Counted from the first letter of the stretch, positions 49,256-62,270 are shown. The stretch is DNA of 64,000 nt from Alloascoidea hylecoeti (GCA_001600815.1 BCKZ01000018.1:401974-465973); one strand, 5' to 3'. Numbers and translations: made by a program. Notes: generated from the letters alone by a model not told the origin.

Positions 49256-52200
49256 TTGAAGAATCTAAATAATGTATATGTTATCTAATTTCAAAATTTT
49301 TTTTTTTTTTTGAAGGACTAAAAGATCGATAGGCCACACTTTCATGGTTTGTATTCACACTGATAGGAATTGGAAACGATGTCTTTTTGGAAGAAAGATT
49401 ATTATATGGTGAAAGCCATTAGAAAAAAATCCTCGTACGTATTTAACTTTCTACATTAATATTTTACATTAAATTTCATATTGCCCATCTTAAACTTTGA
49501 CAAAAAAGAAATAAATATTTAAATAAGAGGTAGACGTTTTTTATTTTATATGAGTGATTTCCTCAGTTAATTAAATAGTTGACTAACGTTTTCACACGCG
49601 AAATTTGGTTCTCTGAAATTTGCATGCAGCTGGATCATATTACGTTATGACGAAACTTATGGGTTGCATATGCATTCAGACACCCAAATGAGGTAAGTTG
49701 CATTATTTTTACCCACGCGACTATATTCAAGCTTAAGGTCTGTAACGTTATTTCTTAACTATTTGTGTGTTCGTGTAATATGGAAACCAATGTATCGTTC
49801 AGAAACATTTACCATACATAGAGAATGGTTTTGGTATTGTTGTCATATTTTGCGCGAGGGATATATATTTTTCTAAAGGTTGGTCAAATTTATACTGTTG
49901 AGTTACAACTCTCCAGGTATAAAATTAGACCTGAAAATGGCAATCATAATTCAAATAGTTCAACTTATCACTGCAACTGTACCATAAAATTTAGCAATTA
50001 CAATCGTAAGTAGCTTAAATAAATATATATTTTTTTAAAGCTTGTCATGGATAATTCACTATAAATAATAAAGGAGTTAGAGCAACTACTCCAGAACTAT
50101 ATCGATATCTATACCGGCTGTTAATATTAAATCAACTTTATAATTCCAGACATATGATATAGTCAATGTTAATCATTAGAAGCATATTTCATGGTTACAC
50201 TAGTACGTACTTCTACATACTCAGAGGTATTTTCTACAGATTTCATGCTGAAATAGCTATCATTGGAATCGAGCGATAGTAGCTTAAAAAGGGGGTTTCA
50301 GTAATTCTATCAATTTCTAGAAAATTCACAGGAGTCAGTTATAAGACACGATTGTGTCCAAAATGTCTTATATATATAGAATGCCAAATTAACGAACCTG
50401 AAGTATATAAGCTTACATATATAGGAATCATACCGCTTAATATATGTATTATACTTATATACTTAATTAACTGGAGCTATTAGCACTTGAAGTCATTAAT
50501 TATATAGCTACGGTTTGAAAATACCAAATGAAATCGTTACCTGATCATGAGACAAAGAACAATCAGCTATACCGTTTCTTTTCAATATAATTCGCGAAAA
50601 TCTACACGTATGCATATAGGCCAATACTCATAGATAATGAAGAGTACTATGCATATGATAGTTATTTCCTTCTTTTGATATAAGTCTCTAAGCTTCATAT
50701 TTATTGATAAATTTTTGTTATTAACTGCTTACTACTCATAGAGCTAACAATGAATTATATTAAAACAATTGGCAAATTGTTCTTTAAATTGATCCACGAA
50801 GCGAATTGATTTTGTATTCTTCCACTGTAGTTAATGAAGCCACTATAATTTAACTATATAATTATAATTCAATGTAAATCATAATGTGAATCCCAATAAA
50901 CTAAAAATAGAAGTCGATTTTGTCTGAAAAGAAAGGCTATGTTAATATAGTATATATATGGTTCTAAAGTCATATAAAATTTAAAAACCAGCTACATGTA
51001 CATATTTCCATAAATATAATTACGCAAAAATGAATCAGATAAAGATATTATAATTAAATATCAATATTACCGGATTCTTATTACGACTGTCACCTTGAGT
51101 TCGAAAGCTATAGACCTGCATGGCATTCCTTAAGCTTGCAATTATAAGGTAAAGTATTATATGAAATTATGAATAGGTATCCCCATAACTAACAATTTTC
51201 ATAATAATATTAATATGTTTTAAATCATATATATTACTACTGCTATATATACATTCTAATTATAGTTGATCTACATCATGATCACCGGTACCAATTGCAA
51301 TTGCAAAATTGGGATTGGTGACTATTATTAGTAGTGATGCTGCGGGTTTGGATGATATAAATAAAAATACAACGATTAAAGCATATTCATATAAACTTAA
51401 GCTATGGTATATTATATTTTGCTTACGTTTGGCCTTTAATTTATATTAATTATACGATTTTATAATTGATATTGAGTGCAATTATACTTATAATTATGCA
51501 CATGCATATTTAGCCAATGTTACGAGCTCGACTATTTTATCTACGAGTACGCAGACTTAAATCTCACAAGTACTTCTATGATATTTTACTTTTGATCATT
51601 AAGTCTTATAGTACCAGACTTTAATTAAATAATAAAGTTGATGAACAGCTTTTTATTTGAATAGTTTCTGTAAAAATTTATTGATCAAAACTTCTAAAAT
51701 TCTGTTATAATTATATAAACCTTTACTAAATTTCATTGGTCTTAGCCTTTTACAGATATCAGTCATGCATCATTCCAGTGGTAGTCTTCGCGAGTTCTAA
51801 AAAGTTTGCGGTCTTCAATGTGTCTTAGACAAATGATCTAATATAGATCAGAAATCAACAAATTTAATGATTACGCGTAGTTTCAAAATGAAACCATTCA
51901 AATATGCATTCATAATTGATAAATATATGAACTTATTGATTTATTAATAGATTTCACAACTCCAAATGTGCCTGATTAGTTTAATGTTAGTAATTTTATT
52001 ATAAGTCAAGTTAGTAAACCCATAAATTTTGCCTTTATAATTATTACAAGTAAAAACTTTACATGTAAGATATCTGCAGGATCCAGGGCGCCAACTGCAG
52101 GTGCCAATTGCAACATATTTGTAATTGTTATTTATGGGTCAAATTTTTACATACATACATGTATATCTCATATAACTATTTATAGCATTCCAAAGTTTGT

Positions 52201-52367
52201 GTTTAAGAGAAATAATGATGAATATAAAAGGGATTCATATCCACTGAATCATATATACTCTAGACTTCTTTAAACTTGCCTTCATTCCTCGGTACTATCT
52301 TTAATCAAACGTCATTCATTCACTTAAAATTTAATTCTTTATCAAAATTAATTTACATTCTTTAAAA

Positions 52368-53408
52368 ATGAAGTATTCATCAGCTATCTTAACTCTCTCA
52401 GGTGTAACCTCAGTATTTGCTTGTGAAGCTTTCGATAACTTTAACTCAGAATATAGTCAGTATGGATCTAATTCTGATTCCGATTCCAATGAAGGTTACT
52501 ATGATTGGAGTGGCAGTGAAAACTCCGGTAATACTATAGCTACGGTTACCGCTGCAGTCGCTACCCAAAAATTCTCTTGGGGTGATTATAGTGATTTCAT
52601 ATCGAAGGTTTCATACGATGCTTCTAATGTTGCCGAAACCCTTGGAATCACATTATCTCTTGGTCATTTAGAAACCGCTGCATCAACTGAAGTTCCTTAC
52701 ATTATTTCATCTATCATCTCTATTTTACAAAGTGCAGATGCTACTGCAACAGTAACTGGTGGTATTGTTGGTTCTACAGCTACCGCTACCCCCGTTGCAA
52801 CCTTAAGTCAAGGCTTAACAACTTTGGAGACATCAGTTACAAATTTACAAGCATCTAGTACCATAGAAGAAGAAGATTCCACCGTCGTTCAGTACACAAC
52901 CGTTCCCACTGTTGTTACAGCATTCACTACATATTGTCCAGCTGCAACTGAATTGACCATCAATGATGAGACAATTACTGTAACAGCTGCTACATATATA
53001 ACTATTACAAGTTGTCCAAATGGATGCACTATTACTACCAGTATTCCAGTTAACTCTTACACTTCAATCAAAGCTACAGCTTTAACCTCAGAGGCTACAA
53101 TTGGAGAATCATCAACCGAAGAGGAAACAGTTTATAGTACTGGTACTGTCGTTTTAACCTCATCAGTTTCTCAAACCTTAACCTCAGCCAGCACATCAAC
53201 TGAAATAGAGGAGGAAACAGTTTACAGTACTGGTACCGTCGTTTTGACCTCATCAGTTGCCCAAAACTTAACCTCACCTAGCACTTCATTAACTGCAGAA
53301 AACTCAACCTCACCTACCCTTGATGTTGCAACCGGAATGGGAAGCAATACAAATGTTTTTGGTGGATTGATTGGTGCTGCTCTTGGCTTCTGTGTTATGT
53401 TATTATAA
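52368..53408 (+). CDS. Ser/Thr-rich GPI-anchored cell wall protein with a Sed1/Spi1-type Cys repeat
   Basis: Signal peptide, TVVTAFTTYCPAATELTINDETITVTAATYITITSCPNGCTIT, two copies of EEETVYSTGTVVLTSSV and a hydrophobic GPI-signal C-terminus. Confidence 0.88.
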   Translation: MKYSSAILTLSGVTSVFACEAFDNFNSEYSQYGSNSDSDSNEGYYDWSGSENSGNTIATVTAAVATQKFSWGDYSDFISKVSYDASNVAETLGITLSLGHLETAASTEVPYIISSIISILQSADATATVTGGIVGSTATATPVATLSQGLTTLETSVTNLQASSTIEEEDSTVVQYTTVPTVVTAFTTYCPAATELTINDETITVTAATYITITSCPNGCTITTSIPVNSYTSIKATALTSEATIGESSTEEETVYSTGTVVLTSSVSQTLTSASTSTEIEEETVYSTGTVVLTSSVAQNLTSPSTSLTAENSTSPTLDVATGMGSNTNVFGGLIGAALGFCVMLL

Positions 53409-53870
53409 ATTTGTAGATATTAATTAATATTGGAACTTTTTATAATAATTTCGAACCCACAATTTTAAGAATATATTAACATTATATTATTTTATCTTTC
53501 TAATTTAATCTTGAAATTTAAGACTTTATATATATTGAGTAGTAGTTCAATTTGTGATTGTTCCTACCTCAACTAATAAATAATATTCATTTTAAGGTAT
53601 ACAAACTATTTAATTAATTTAATTCTTTTTTTTTTTTCATTCTGTTTAGAATCTACAATGCTAAAAAATAGATATTTGTGTATCAATGATTATATTTAGG
53701 TAAATACGATCAGTGAATGGCATTTGAAGATAAATGCTCAGTAGCTTATGCATAGCTTGAAGTGAAACAAAGTTCGCGTAGTAATCATACCAGGTGAGTA
53801 AATATCATCATCACTATGAAGTTTGATAATGTTCACTTAAGCTTATCGCAGTATCTTGCATCAACTCAGA

Positions 53871-55366
53871 ATGACCAGCAACATGACAAGCAACACCAAC
53901 AGTCCCGTAATTGCGATTGACGTGAGAAAGTATTCGTTTTTGAAAAATGCAGATCCAACTCCTTATGGCCTTTTCTGTGTTCCCAGTTCCCAACAAAAGA
54001 GTAAATCAAATCAAGATTGGACTCATTACCCTTTCAGAGGCGACATCTCGTTAACTTTCATCCCTCTTAATATACCTACTATAGCCCCTTCTCCTCCCGC
54101 GGTTGCAATAAAAGTGGCCTGGAAAACAACTATTCTAGAAGAGCTTGATCTTTCACAATTGTTCTCCACCTTTGCGGATCTTGTGTCGATTGGAAATCCA
54201 CCGATATTGATTGTATCAAAGTCACCTTGCATTGGTGTGAAATATCTTATTAAGAACTCAGATAACACTATAATGGTTTGTATCTACTTTTTTATTTTTT
54301 ACTTATTTATAAGAGGCTTAAGTTAATGTTTTTACCCCATATTAGACTCATCGTTTTCAATTAAGATTTCCTACAGATGTTGAATTTCAGAAAGCATTAG
54401 TTATATTTACAAAATATGGAGTAATGTGCCATGAAGCCACTAATGTGATTATGACCTCAAAACAGAATAAACCAAAGGCTCAAAATTCAATTTCAATTGC
54501 TGCAGAAACATCCGAAAACACAAAGTCTTTAGATACTCAAGAACAATGTTCATATACCCAATTAGGATTAGATTTAATGACTCCTACGGATTCTCAATAT
54601 GATTCACAGTTTCAACACCAACAAATAAACTCCCCACATAGCAGCTATAAACATAATGATAAGCATGAGAATATAAATAAATCTGCCTCACAAGAATCTA
54701 TGCAACAAGATCACTTTCACAAACAATGCCATTCAGTTGAGAGTATGCCGATACCTTTTAGTTTCACGCAACCTTCTGCGAAACCCCGACCTTTATCTTG
54801 GTCTAATCCAAAGCTTTCAAATCTTACTACCAATACTAATACCATTTCAGGTACAAACATTAATAATGTTCTTGATTCTCCGATCCAAATAGATGCGCAG
54901 AGTTTAAAGAATATTTCAACACCATACACTGCACAATTTAAAGAAACAGTGTCTCATGGTTCTTTATTGACTCCAGATACTTCTATGACGACTCCAACGC
55001 GTCTCCCATCCATCAGAAAGAAACCAAAATTGCAATTTTTAAATCCGATATCTAGTCCCGTGGTTGGGGTTGAGGTTGGAGTTGCCAATGAAAGTGGAAC
55101 AATGACTCCTATTAATCAATTGGAAAATACCAAACAGATCCAGGTGTATGAAAGTGAAGACTCAGCCCTTCCATTTAATTTTGATGATATCGATAAACAG
55201 AAAGTTATACGATTATTGCAAGATCCTAAGTTTATTGATTATGTTTGTATCATGAATTATTTCTATATTTACTGTTCAATTATACCCCTAGAAATCAAAC
55301 TAACGACCCCATTTTTCATAGGCTGAGAAAATAGAATTGCTCCTTACCGATTTAAAGAACCATTGA
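53871..55366 (+). CDS. REC114: Meiotic DSB protein Rec114/Rec7; exons 53871-54275, 54346-55242 and 55322-55366
   Basis: Spliced PH-like N-terminal domain (KYS...WTHY...KVAWKTTILEELDL...IVSKSPCIGVKY...M-THRFQLRF...EFQKALVIF), a disordered middle, and C-terminal LLQDPKFIDY-AEKIE. Both introns are phase 0 with GTTTGT donors. Confidence 0.78.
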
Positions 55367-55725
55367 TACATTTGCTTCCTTTTTTTCTATATATCCTTTT
55401 AAACTTCCTTTTAATCATGCATTGAATTATAAAATTCGGAATTTTGACAATATCAGGATAATAATATTAATAACTATTTACCATGCTTTACTTTTTGATA
55501 TAATATAAGCTATTTTTATCCAGATTAATATCATATTACGTACATATACGTATAGGCCTACAATTAATGTTCGTAGTTCGTATGATCTGATGCGACCGAC
55601 ATCATCCTGCATCAAGTTATAGATCAAGATCCGAAAGCAATATTCAGTATATAAATAAATCTCATAAACCTCCTCTTATTTGTATAATTTATTTTATCTT
55701 TACATTTATATTTATCTAAAATAGA

Positions 55726-56459
55726 ATGACTATTTACTATTCCTTGGTACGTTTATGTTGTTCAATTAATTAATCAATACTGAAATTGTGAACTCAAGAT
55801 TAAGAAAAGCAATCGAACAATCATCATTTTTATATAAATACTAACAATGTCAATAGATATTTGGCATTCTAGTTGCTGAAATGGCAGCCTTTGCAGCACT
55901 CTGTATCCCAATTCCTTCAAAGATTCGTCATAGAACTCTTTTATTAATCAATAAACCATTCAAATTAGCACCTGTTAAAATTGGTGTTAAAAGTGCTACT
56001 GTCTTTATTTTAATCTTATTCCTAGATTCTGTTAATCGTGTTTATAAAATAACACAAGAATTAGTTGATTCACCAATCAATAAATATGGTATGGGATTTA
56101 GTGTTGAAAGATCAGATATTCAAGCCCGTCGATTTTACGCCCAAAGAAATATGTATTTATGTGGTTTTACCTTATTTTTATCAGTTATTTTAAATCGTGT
56201 TTATAATATTTTGTTAGATTTGATCGTTGCCCAAACTCAATTAAAAAATGGAATAGTTAATACATATACAACTGGTTCTGCGTCTAATTCTACAACTGAT
56301 TCAGCTGAAATTTTGGAACTACAGGATGAATTAGCGAAAAAAGATCTTGAGTTGAAAGCTTTTAAGAAACAGAGCAAGGGATTTTCCGATGTGTATGATA
56401 GAACTGATAAAGCTGCCGATGTTAAATCTCGTTTAAGATCAAATAAAAAGTCTGATTAG
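55726..56459 (+). CDS. BAP31-family ER membrane protein (Yet1/Yet3); exons 55726-55746 and 55857-56459
   Basis: MTIYYSL-IFGILVAEM across a GTACGT...TACTAAC...TAG intron, LILFLDSVNRV, ARRFYAQRNMYLCGFTLFL and a C-terminal KKSD retrieval signal. Confidence 0.92.
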
Positions 56460-56507
56460 AAATATATATGATGTTATTTCTTTATGATTCTATAACTTAT
56501 ATGTTAT

Positions 56508-58575
56508 TTAATATGAACTACTCTTATGTTTAGGAGTATATTGAAATTTATCATTTGTTTTCCCTAAATACATCTCAGTAATTTTAATCCAATCTTTATA
56601 ATCTCTACTCCCCAATAAAGTTTCCATTTCATTTCTTCCTTGCCATTTTGGAGGTCGATCATTTAAATGAGGTGGTAATCTTTCTAAAATTCCAACTGGA
56701 ATATAACGATGAGAAAATGATAAAAATTCACATAAATATCTTCTAGTAATATTAATACCATATTCATCTGTTCCCCAATGTTGTAAACCATATTCAGCAT
56801 ATGCTTTAATATATTCAAGTCTTTCAGTAGCTGATTTATCAAGATATTGTTGTGATTCAATTTCTTCAAATATCCATGGTTTTATGAGTGCGCCTCTAGC
56901 AACCATAACACTATCACAATGAGATTCATTAATTGCATTATTGTAATCTTCATATGTATAAACATCTCCATTACCAATAAACCAGGGTTTACCACCATCT
57001 CTTTCAGTCTTTTCAGCCTCAACTTCAATTAAATCAGCAACTTCTTTGATGTAACTCCAATCACACGTCTTTGTATATCTCTGTTGCCGAGATCTTCCAT
57101 GTAGTGTAATAGCTCTGGCGGTACCATCCTGTACGATTCTTGTAACCAGATTTTTTGCAGTTGGATGATTATCTCTCGTTCCCATTCTAATCTTTATAGT
57201 AACAGGAATATCATCACTAACAGCACTCATTCCATTAGCAATTCTTAATAATCTAGCAGGATTATCAAGTAAGCCGGAACCAGCACCTTGTCTATAAATC
57301 AAATCAATTGGACAACCACAATTTAAATTTAATTCCGAAACGTTTGTCGTTAATTTTGCAATTGCTTCAGCTGCTTTTGTTGCTTGCCAATGTTTTGCGG
57401 CAGCAATTTGAACACCAAATCCACCAATTTCTGAAGAATGTGCACGAGGTAAAGCCCATTCAGATTTATTACCTTGAATTAAAGGTAATGCTAATGCCAT
57501 TTCACTATATGTTACATCAGCTCCTAATGTTTTCATTAATCTACGGTATGGTAAATTACCAACTGTTGTTAATGGTGAAACAATTTTCGCACCTTTTAAA
57601 TATATTTTCTTTTTTTCACTTGGGAGAAATGGTGGTTCAATGTAACTTGACATTTCATTTTTGGTCTCTTCTCTTTTTGTATCATTGTCAATAATAATAT
57701 TTTGTTCAACTTTTTCACTCTGTTCAACTTTCTCCTTTTCTTCGTCTTTATCATTTTTCTCATTATTTTCATTCTGTTTTTTCTCTCCATTATTAGTTTT
57801 ATCTGAATCTCTATCATTCCTAATAACCATAGAATCAAGATATGATATATAAGCTTCTGCTTTTTCTAATGGGAATTTTTTCCTTTGTAAATTATTTTGT
57901 ATTTTTGTTGGAACTCTATTAATTTCAAAATCACTTTCAGCTGCCTTTTTAACTTTTTCTTCATCAACAATAAGTTTCATATTCTCTTTATCAAAATGAG
58001 TAAATAACCATCTACATCTAACACCATTTGAACAAATACCAACTTTTTGAAAAGATGGACAAATACCATCTAAATCAATTGGTTTTGAATCAATATATGC
58101 TTTTATATCATGTGAAAATCTACAATTTTCAGAACCAAATTGACATTCTTTACCATTTGCAATTGGATCACAAATTTTAATATCATCTTTTGTAAATTGT
58201 TGATCTAATTCTCTTTTTTTATTTTGACCTCTTTGCTTCTTTTTATTATTTCTTTTATTTTTTTTATTTCCAAGACCTGCTATATCATTCAAATCTTTAT
58301 ATTTATCTCCTTCAGCTTCATCATCTCGAATGATTGGCTCTAGAACTTCCTTGTCTACAATATACCTTTTAAGAAAGAAAAAGAAAGATTGATAATTAGT
58401 TATAGTTATTAGATTATTTATCGACAAATACATACTGTTTTTTAATAGCTGCTATTCCTTTAACATAACTATTATCATTATCATTATCGATTTTAACCTT
58501 CTTGGTAATAGCATCAGCATCAGCATCAGCATCAGTTACATTTTTGGCGGATCTTTTTAAATTGTCATTATCCAT
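56508..58575 (-). CDS. DUS3: tRNA-dihydrouridine(47) synthase; exons 58575-58436 and 58365-56508
   Basis: GIAAIKKQ-YIV across a GTATGT...AAG intron, CCCH fingers, SPLTTVGNLPYRRL, LNCGCPID, TLHGRSRQQRY and final PKHKSSSY. Confidence 0.95.
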
Positions 58576-58732
58576 TTTTAAATATAAAAGATGTTGAATT
58601 TTGAATATTATAAGAAACTAATTGAAGATGGAAATTTTTTAATGCAGAGCAATGCACACCTCCAAAAAACCTTTAAAAAGTTTCAAGTCACCAAAATATA
58701 AATATCTGTAGCTAGCTATATGATACAGGAAT

Positions 58733-59836
58733 ATGACATTAGAAAATAATGATGATAATCCAAATCATTATACACATGATGAACTTATCAGACAAATTTC
58801 AAAAAGGAATCTAGATGATAGGCCAATAAACATAATTAAATCCAAAATGTTAAAACATGAAACGGTTACAATAGCAGCCCCAATGGTGAGATATTCCAAA
58901 TTACCATTTCGAGCATTATTAAGGCATTATAAAGTTGATGTAGTGTATTCACCAATGATGTTAGCGAGAGAATTTGTTAGAAATCAAGTTGCAAGAGATT
59001 CAGAATTTACAACGAACTTAAACGACCACCCATTACAAATCCAGATAGGTGTTAATAACTCTTTGGATATAATCCGAATGGTTGATTTAATATCAGATTA
59101 TGTCGATGGTATTGGAATAAATTGTGGCTGTCCAATAAAAGATCAAGTTAGAGAAGGAATTGGTGCTGCATTAATGACCCAACCAGAAAATGTAGCACAA
59201 ATGGTTAAAGTTGTTAAAGAGAAGTATGGAGATAAAATAAGTATTGAGGTTAAAATAAGGATTCATAAAGATATCAATGAAACAATAAGATTTGTTAAAT
59301 TAGTTGAAGTTGCAGGAGTTGATTATATAACGGTTCATGGGCGACGAAAATCCCAAAGAAATACCGAACCTGTTAATCTTGAAGCTATAAAAACCGTCGT
59401 TGAACACGCAAAGGTACCAATAATTGCAAACGGCGACTGTTTCAGTTACGAAGACATTGATCGTATAACTAGATATACTGGAGTTGCTGGTGTAATGGCG
59501 GCCCGTGGTCTATTAGAAAATCCAGCCTTATTTGCTGGTTTTAAAGTAACCCCATGGCACGCAGTTGAGAGATTTTGGGATTATTCAACAGCATATGGAT
59601 TACCATTTAGATTAACCCAACATCATTTCAGTGAAATGTTAGTTAAATTAATATCAAGGCAGGAAAAATCTGATATGAATACGTGCAATAATCTAGTTGA
59701 ACTGATTGCTTGGTTTGATGAAAGATTTATTTTAAAAAGATCTAATGAAGAAGGTTTTGCAACGGCTGTTGAGGTACCATGGAGAAAGGAATATCTTAGA
59801 AAAGTACAATTACAAGAATCTGAATTAGAATTATGA
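58733..59836 (+). CDS. DUS4: tRNA-dihydrouridine(20a/20b) synthase
   Basis: IAAPMVRYSKLPFR, AREFVRNQVARDSEFTT, GINCGCPIKDQVREGIGAALM, ITVHGR and IANGDCF. Confidence 0.95.
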   Translation: MTLENNDDNPNHYTHDELIRQISKRNLDDRPINIIKSKMLKHETVTIAAPMVRYSKLPFRALLRHYKVDVVYSPMMLAREFVRNQVARDSEFTTNLNDHPLQIQIGVNNSLDIIRMVDLISDYVDGIGINCGCPIKDQVREGIGAALMTQPENVAQMVKVVKEKYGDKISIEVKIRIHKDINETIRFVKLVEVAGVDYITVHGRRKSQRNTEPVNLEAIKTVVEHAKVPIIANGDCFSYEDIDRITRYTGVAGVMAARGLLENPALFAGFKVTPWHAVERFWDYSTAYGLPFRLTQHHFSEMLVKLISRQEKSDMNTCNNLVELIAWFDERFILKRSNEEGFATAVEVPWRKEYLRKVQLQESELEL

Positions 59837-59966
59837 TGATGTCCCTATATTAGCAAGTAGAAATCATGTCAATATATATTAACGTAAATTAAATTTCAAG
59901 ATAAACTACCACCAACGATATAAACCAGTTACAACCCATTAAATATATATAAAACATGAAAGAACG

Positions 59967-60013
<47 letters not shown>
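59967..60013 (+). repeat. Poly(dA) tract, 47 nt
   Basis: Uninterrupted A run between the convergent DUS4 and UBC6 genes. Confidence 0.95.
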
Positions 60014-60015
<2 letters not shown>

Positions 60016-60115
60016 AGACACTGTAAATAGGCATTAACCATTCCAAGCCAGATTCAAACGTAAATTTATTGTTAATTAAGCAAACCCACTGATGTGATAA
60101 TCGGTTAAAATATCT

Positions 60116-61001
60116 TCATAGAGACATAACTCTAACTGCACCATAACACGATACAAATAAAACCAATAAAGAAACATAAAAATAAAGATATTTAAAGGAA
60201 TTGGGTTTATTCTTATTAATATTATTAGCCATAGCAGTATTAATAGCATCCTTATTATGGGTTCCTTTTTGAATCTCTTTCGCACGTATTAAATCTTCAG
60301 GATCAGGATTGATCATCTCTTTTTGCTGTTGATGGTTGTTATGATTATTAGTTAATTTCTTTTGTTTAGCTATTTTAGGCTTTGACGATTCTTCAAGATT
60401 CTTAACAATTAAATCGGGAAATTGTTCTCTAAATCTTTTACTTTCAGTTGCATTCCATTGTTTTGATCTTTTGGCATATTCTTTTCTTGTTGCATCAGTC
60501 GAAAACAGTGAACCAGTTGTTTCCTCATTTGAAGTCATGAAACTTAGTAATCCTGTTAAGATTGTACTCACACTCCAGGATGGATTCCACGTTTTTGGAT
60601 GAAAATCGGAAAAGGATAAACATAATCTTGTATCAATAGCAAACCTACCATTTGGTGTGATCATTCTAATTGCTGGCGGTTTGAACGGGTACTCGGAAGG
60701 AAAAGTCAATGTTCCATGATATTGTCCACCTTCATAAGGTGTGTCAGGAGGGCCAGTAATTAGATAGTGCCATCTAACCGAAAAAAATCTTCAGGTTAAA
60801 TTAAGGGTCAAGTATAAAATAATATAACAACATACTCCAATATATTCTTTTCGTTAGGATGGGTGATTATAAAAGGAGGAGGGTTTGCCTGAATAGCCTT
60901 GAATTCCCTATTGAGCTAATAGAAAGTTAATATCTACATGTCAAAAGACAGTTAATTCGTGTTAATATCCATACTCTTTTGGTTGCCTGTCTGCTAGCCA
61001 T
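60116..61001 (-). CDS. UBC6: ER-anchored E2 ubiquitin-conjugating enzyme; exons 61001-60975, 60915-60836 and 60773-60116
   Basis: Spliced MASRQATKR-LNREFKAIQANPPP...[30 protein letters not shown]...TRLCLSFSDFHP and a C-terminal transmembrane segment. Confidence 0.95.
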
Positions 61002-61413
61002 GTTAATTACGTATAAAGATAAGGAAAACTGGATGCAAAAGGTTTTATGTGGTATGGTGGCCCGTTTATGGCACGTGCACGACCTCCACGTCACGTGATA
61101 TTTTATATACAAAGCCATATATCTTATTTATTTCTCTTGTGTCTTCATCATAATTGAACTTACATGCACTTTGTTATTGAATATGGATTCAGTGGCTTCG
61201 AAAACTTTGTTGGTTTCGGTTTCGTTCAAAAATGGTAAATTTTCAGGTGTATCATTAAAAGAGAAGAGCATTATGACGCTGATGATATAATTATAACCTT
61301 ACAGAACCACTAAAAAATCCTAAACTTTGTAGGACTCCCCCGAGTTGGTTGATAAGTCTTACCGTAGCACTGATCTTAGACAGTTATCTTAAAAAAAAAT
61401 TAGAAGAGAAAAG

Positions 61414-61647
61414 GTGCGTGGAAAACATGAGATCGCAAAATATCTCAAACAAAAAATGGATAGATTGAAACCAGGGAGAAAACTGTTTATCGATAACAAA
61501 GGAGGTAATGCGTCTGTTACATCTTTATTCAAGAATTTATGTGATTTGAAATTTGATGGTAAAGAAGGTATTTCCGTAGCTAAATATTTAGCAATATTTG
61601 AAAGTACAATTAATATACGAAAAAGCATCAGAAGAAGCAATAAGTAG
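61414..61647 (+). mobile_element. Possible copia-type gag remnant
   Basis: SLFKNLCDLKFDGKEGISVAKYLAIFE resembles the gag pattern L..LK....SV..YL..F. Flanking frames are broken. Confidence 0.3.
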
Positions 61648-62270
61648 CCCAATGAAGGGACAGTTCCTAATACACTCATTAGACGGTGAGGATCGTCAAG
61701 TTAGAAAGGATATGGAGACAGTTAGAAAACCTTTAATTCCAAATAAAAGTAAAAATGGAAAATCTTGAGATTTCTTTATCGACCTCAAAAGAAAATACGG
61801 TTGAACTCTTAAGCCAAGCACAGGTGCCTTCAAATCAAACAGAGCATCGATATGGTTATCAAATCCCCCAATGAAATAACTCTACAATCCAAATGAAAGA
61901 GAGGATCCTGTTGGAGGCATACCAAGAGATCTCTTGCCTCACCGATCATCAAGTTTGGAATAGTTATAGTCTCTATTATAGTCATGTATTGTATTTCCTG
62001 GTCCTTCCTTCAAATTATTGTAGTTTTATTATTATTGTAAAGAATTCTTTTCGGGACTGGTGATGAATTAACAGAGCCTACTTGCTTTCCAACAAATACT
62101 TATTTCCGAACTAACAGCGGAACCATCATATTCAACATCAGAGATTGAAGATTGAAAAGATTTTAATTGTTGAGGGAAAGGTGGTGGTAATGGTTCAGAT
62201 TCCTTTACAGATTTTAAAGATCTTTATTAATGATAAAACTCTAAGATTTCTAAATAAGGTGTGTCGTTAA

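Noticed and set aside
53794..53851. GTGAGT...CAG intron-like sequence upstream of REC114 as an extra coding exon
   Set aside because: The upstream frame has a TAG at 53753 and no in-frame ATG; at most it is a 5' UTR intron.
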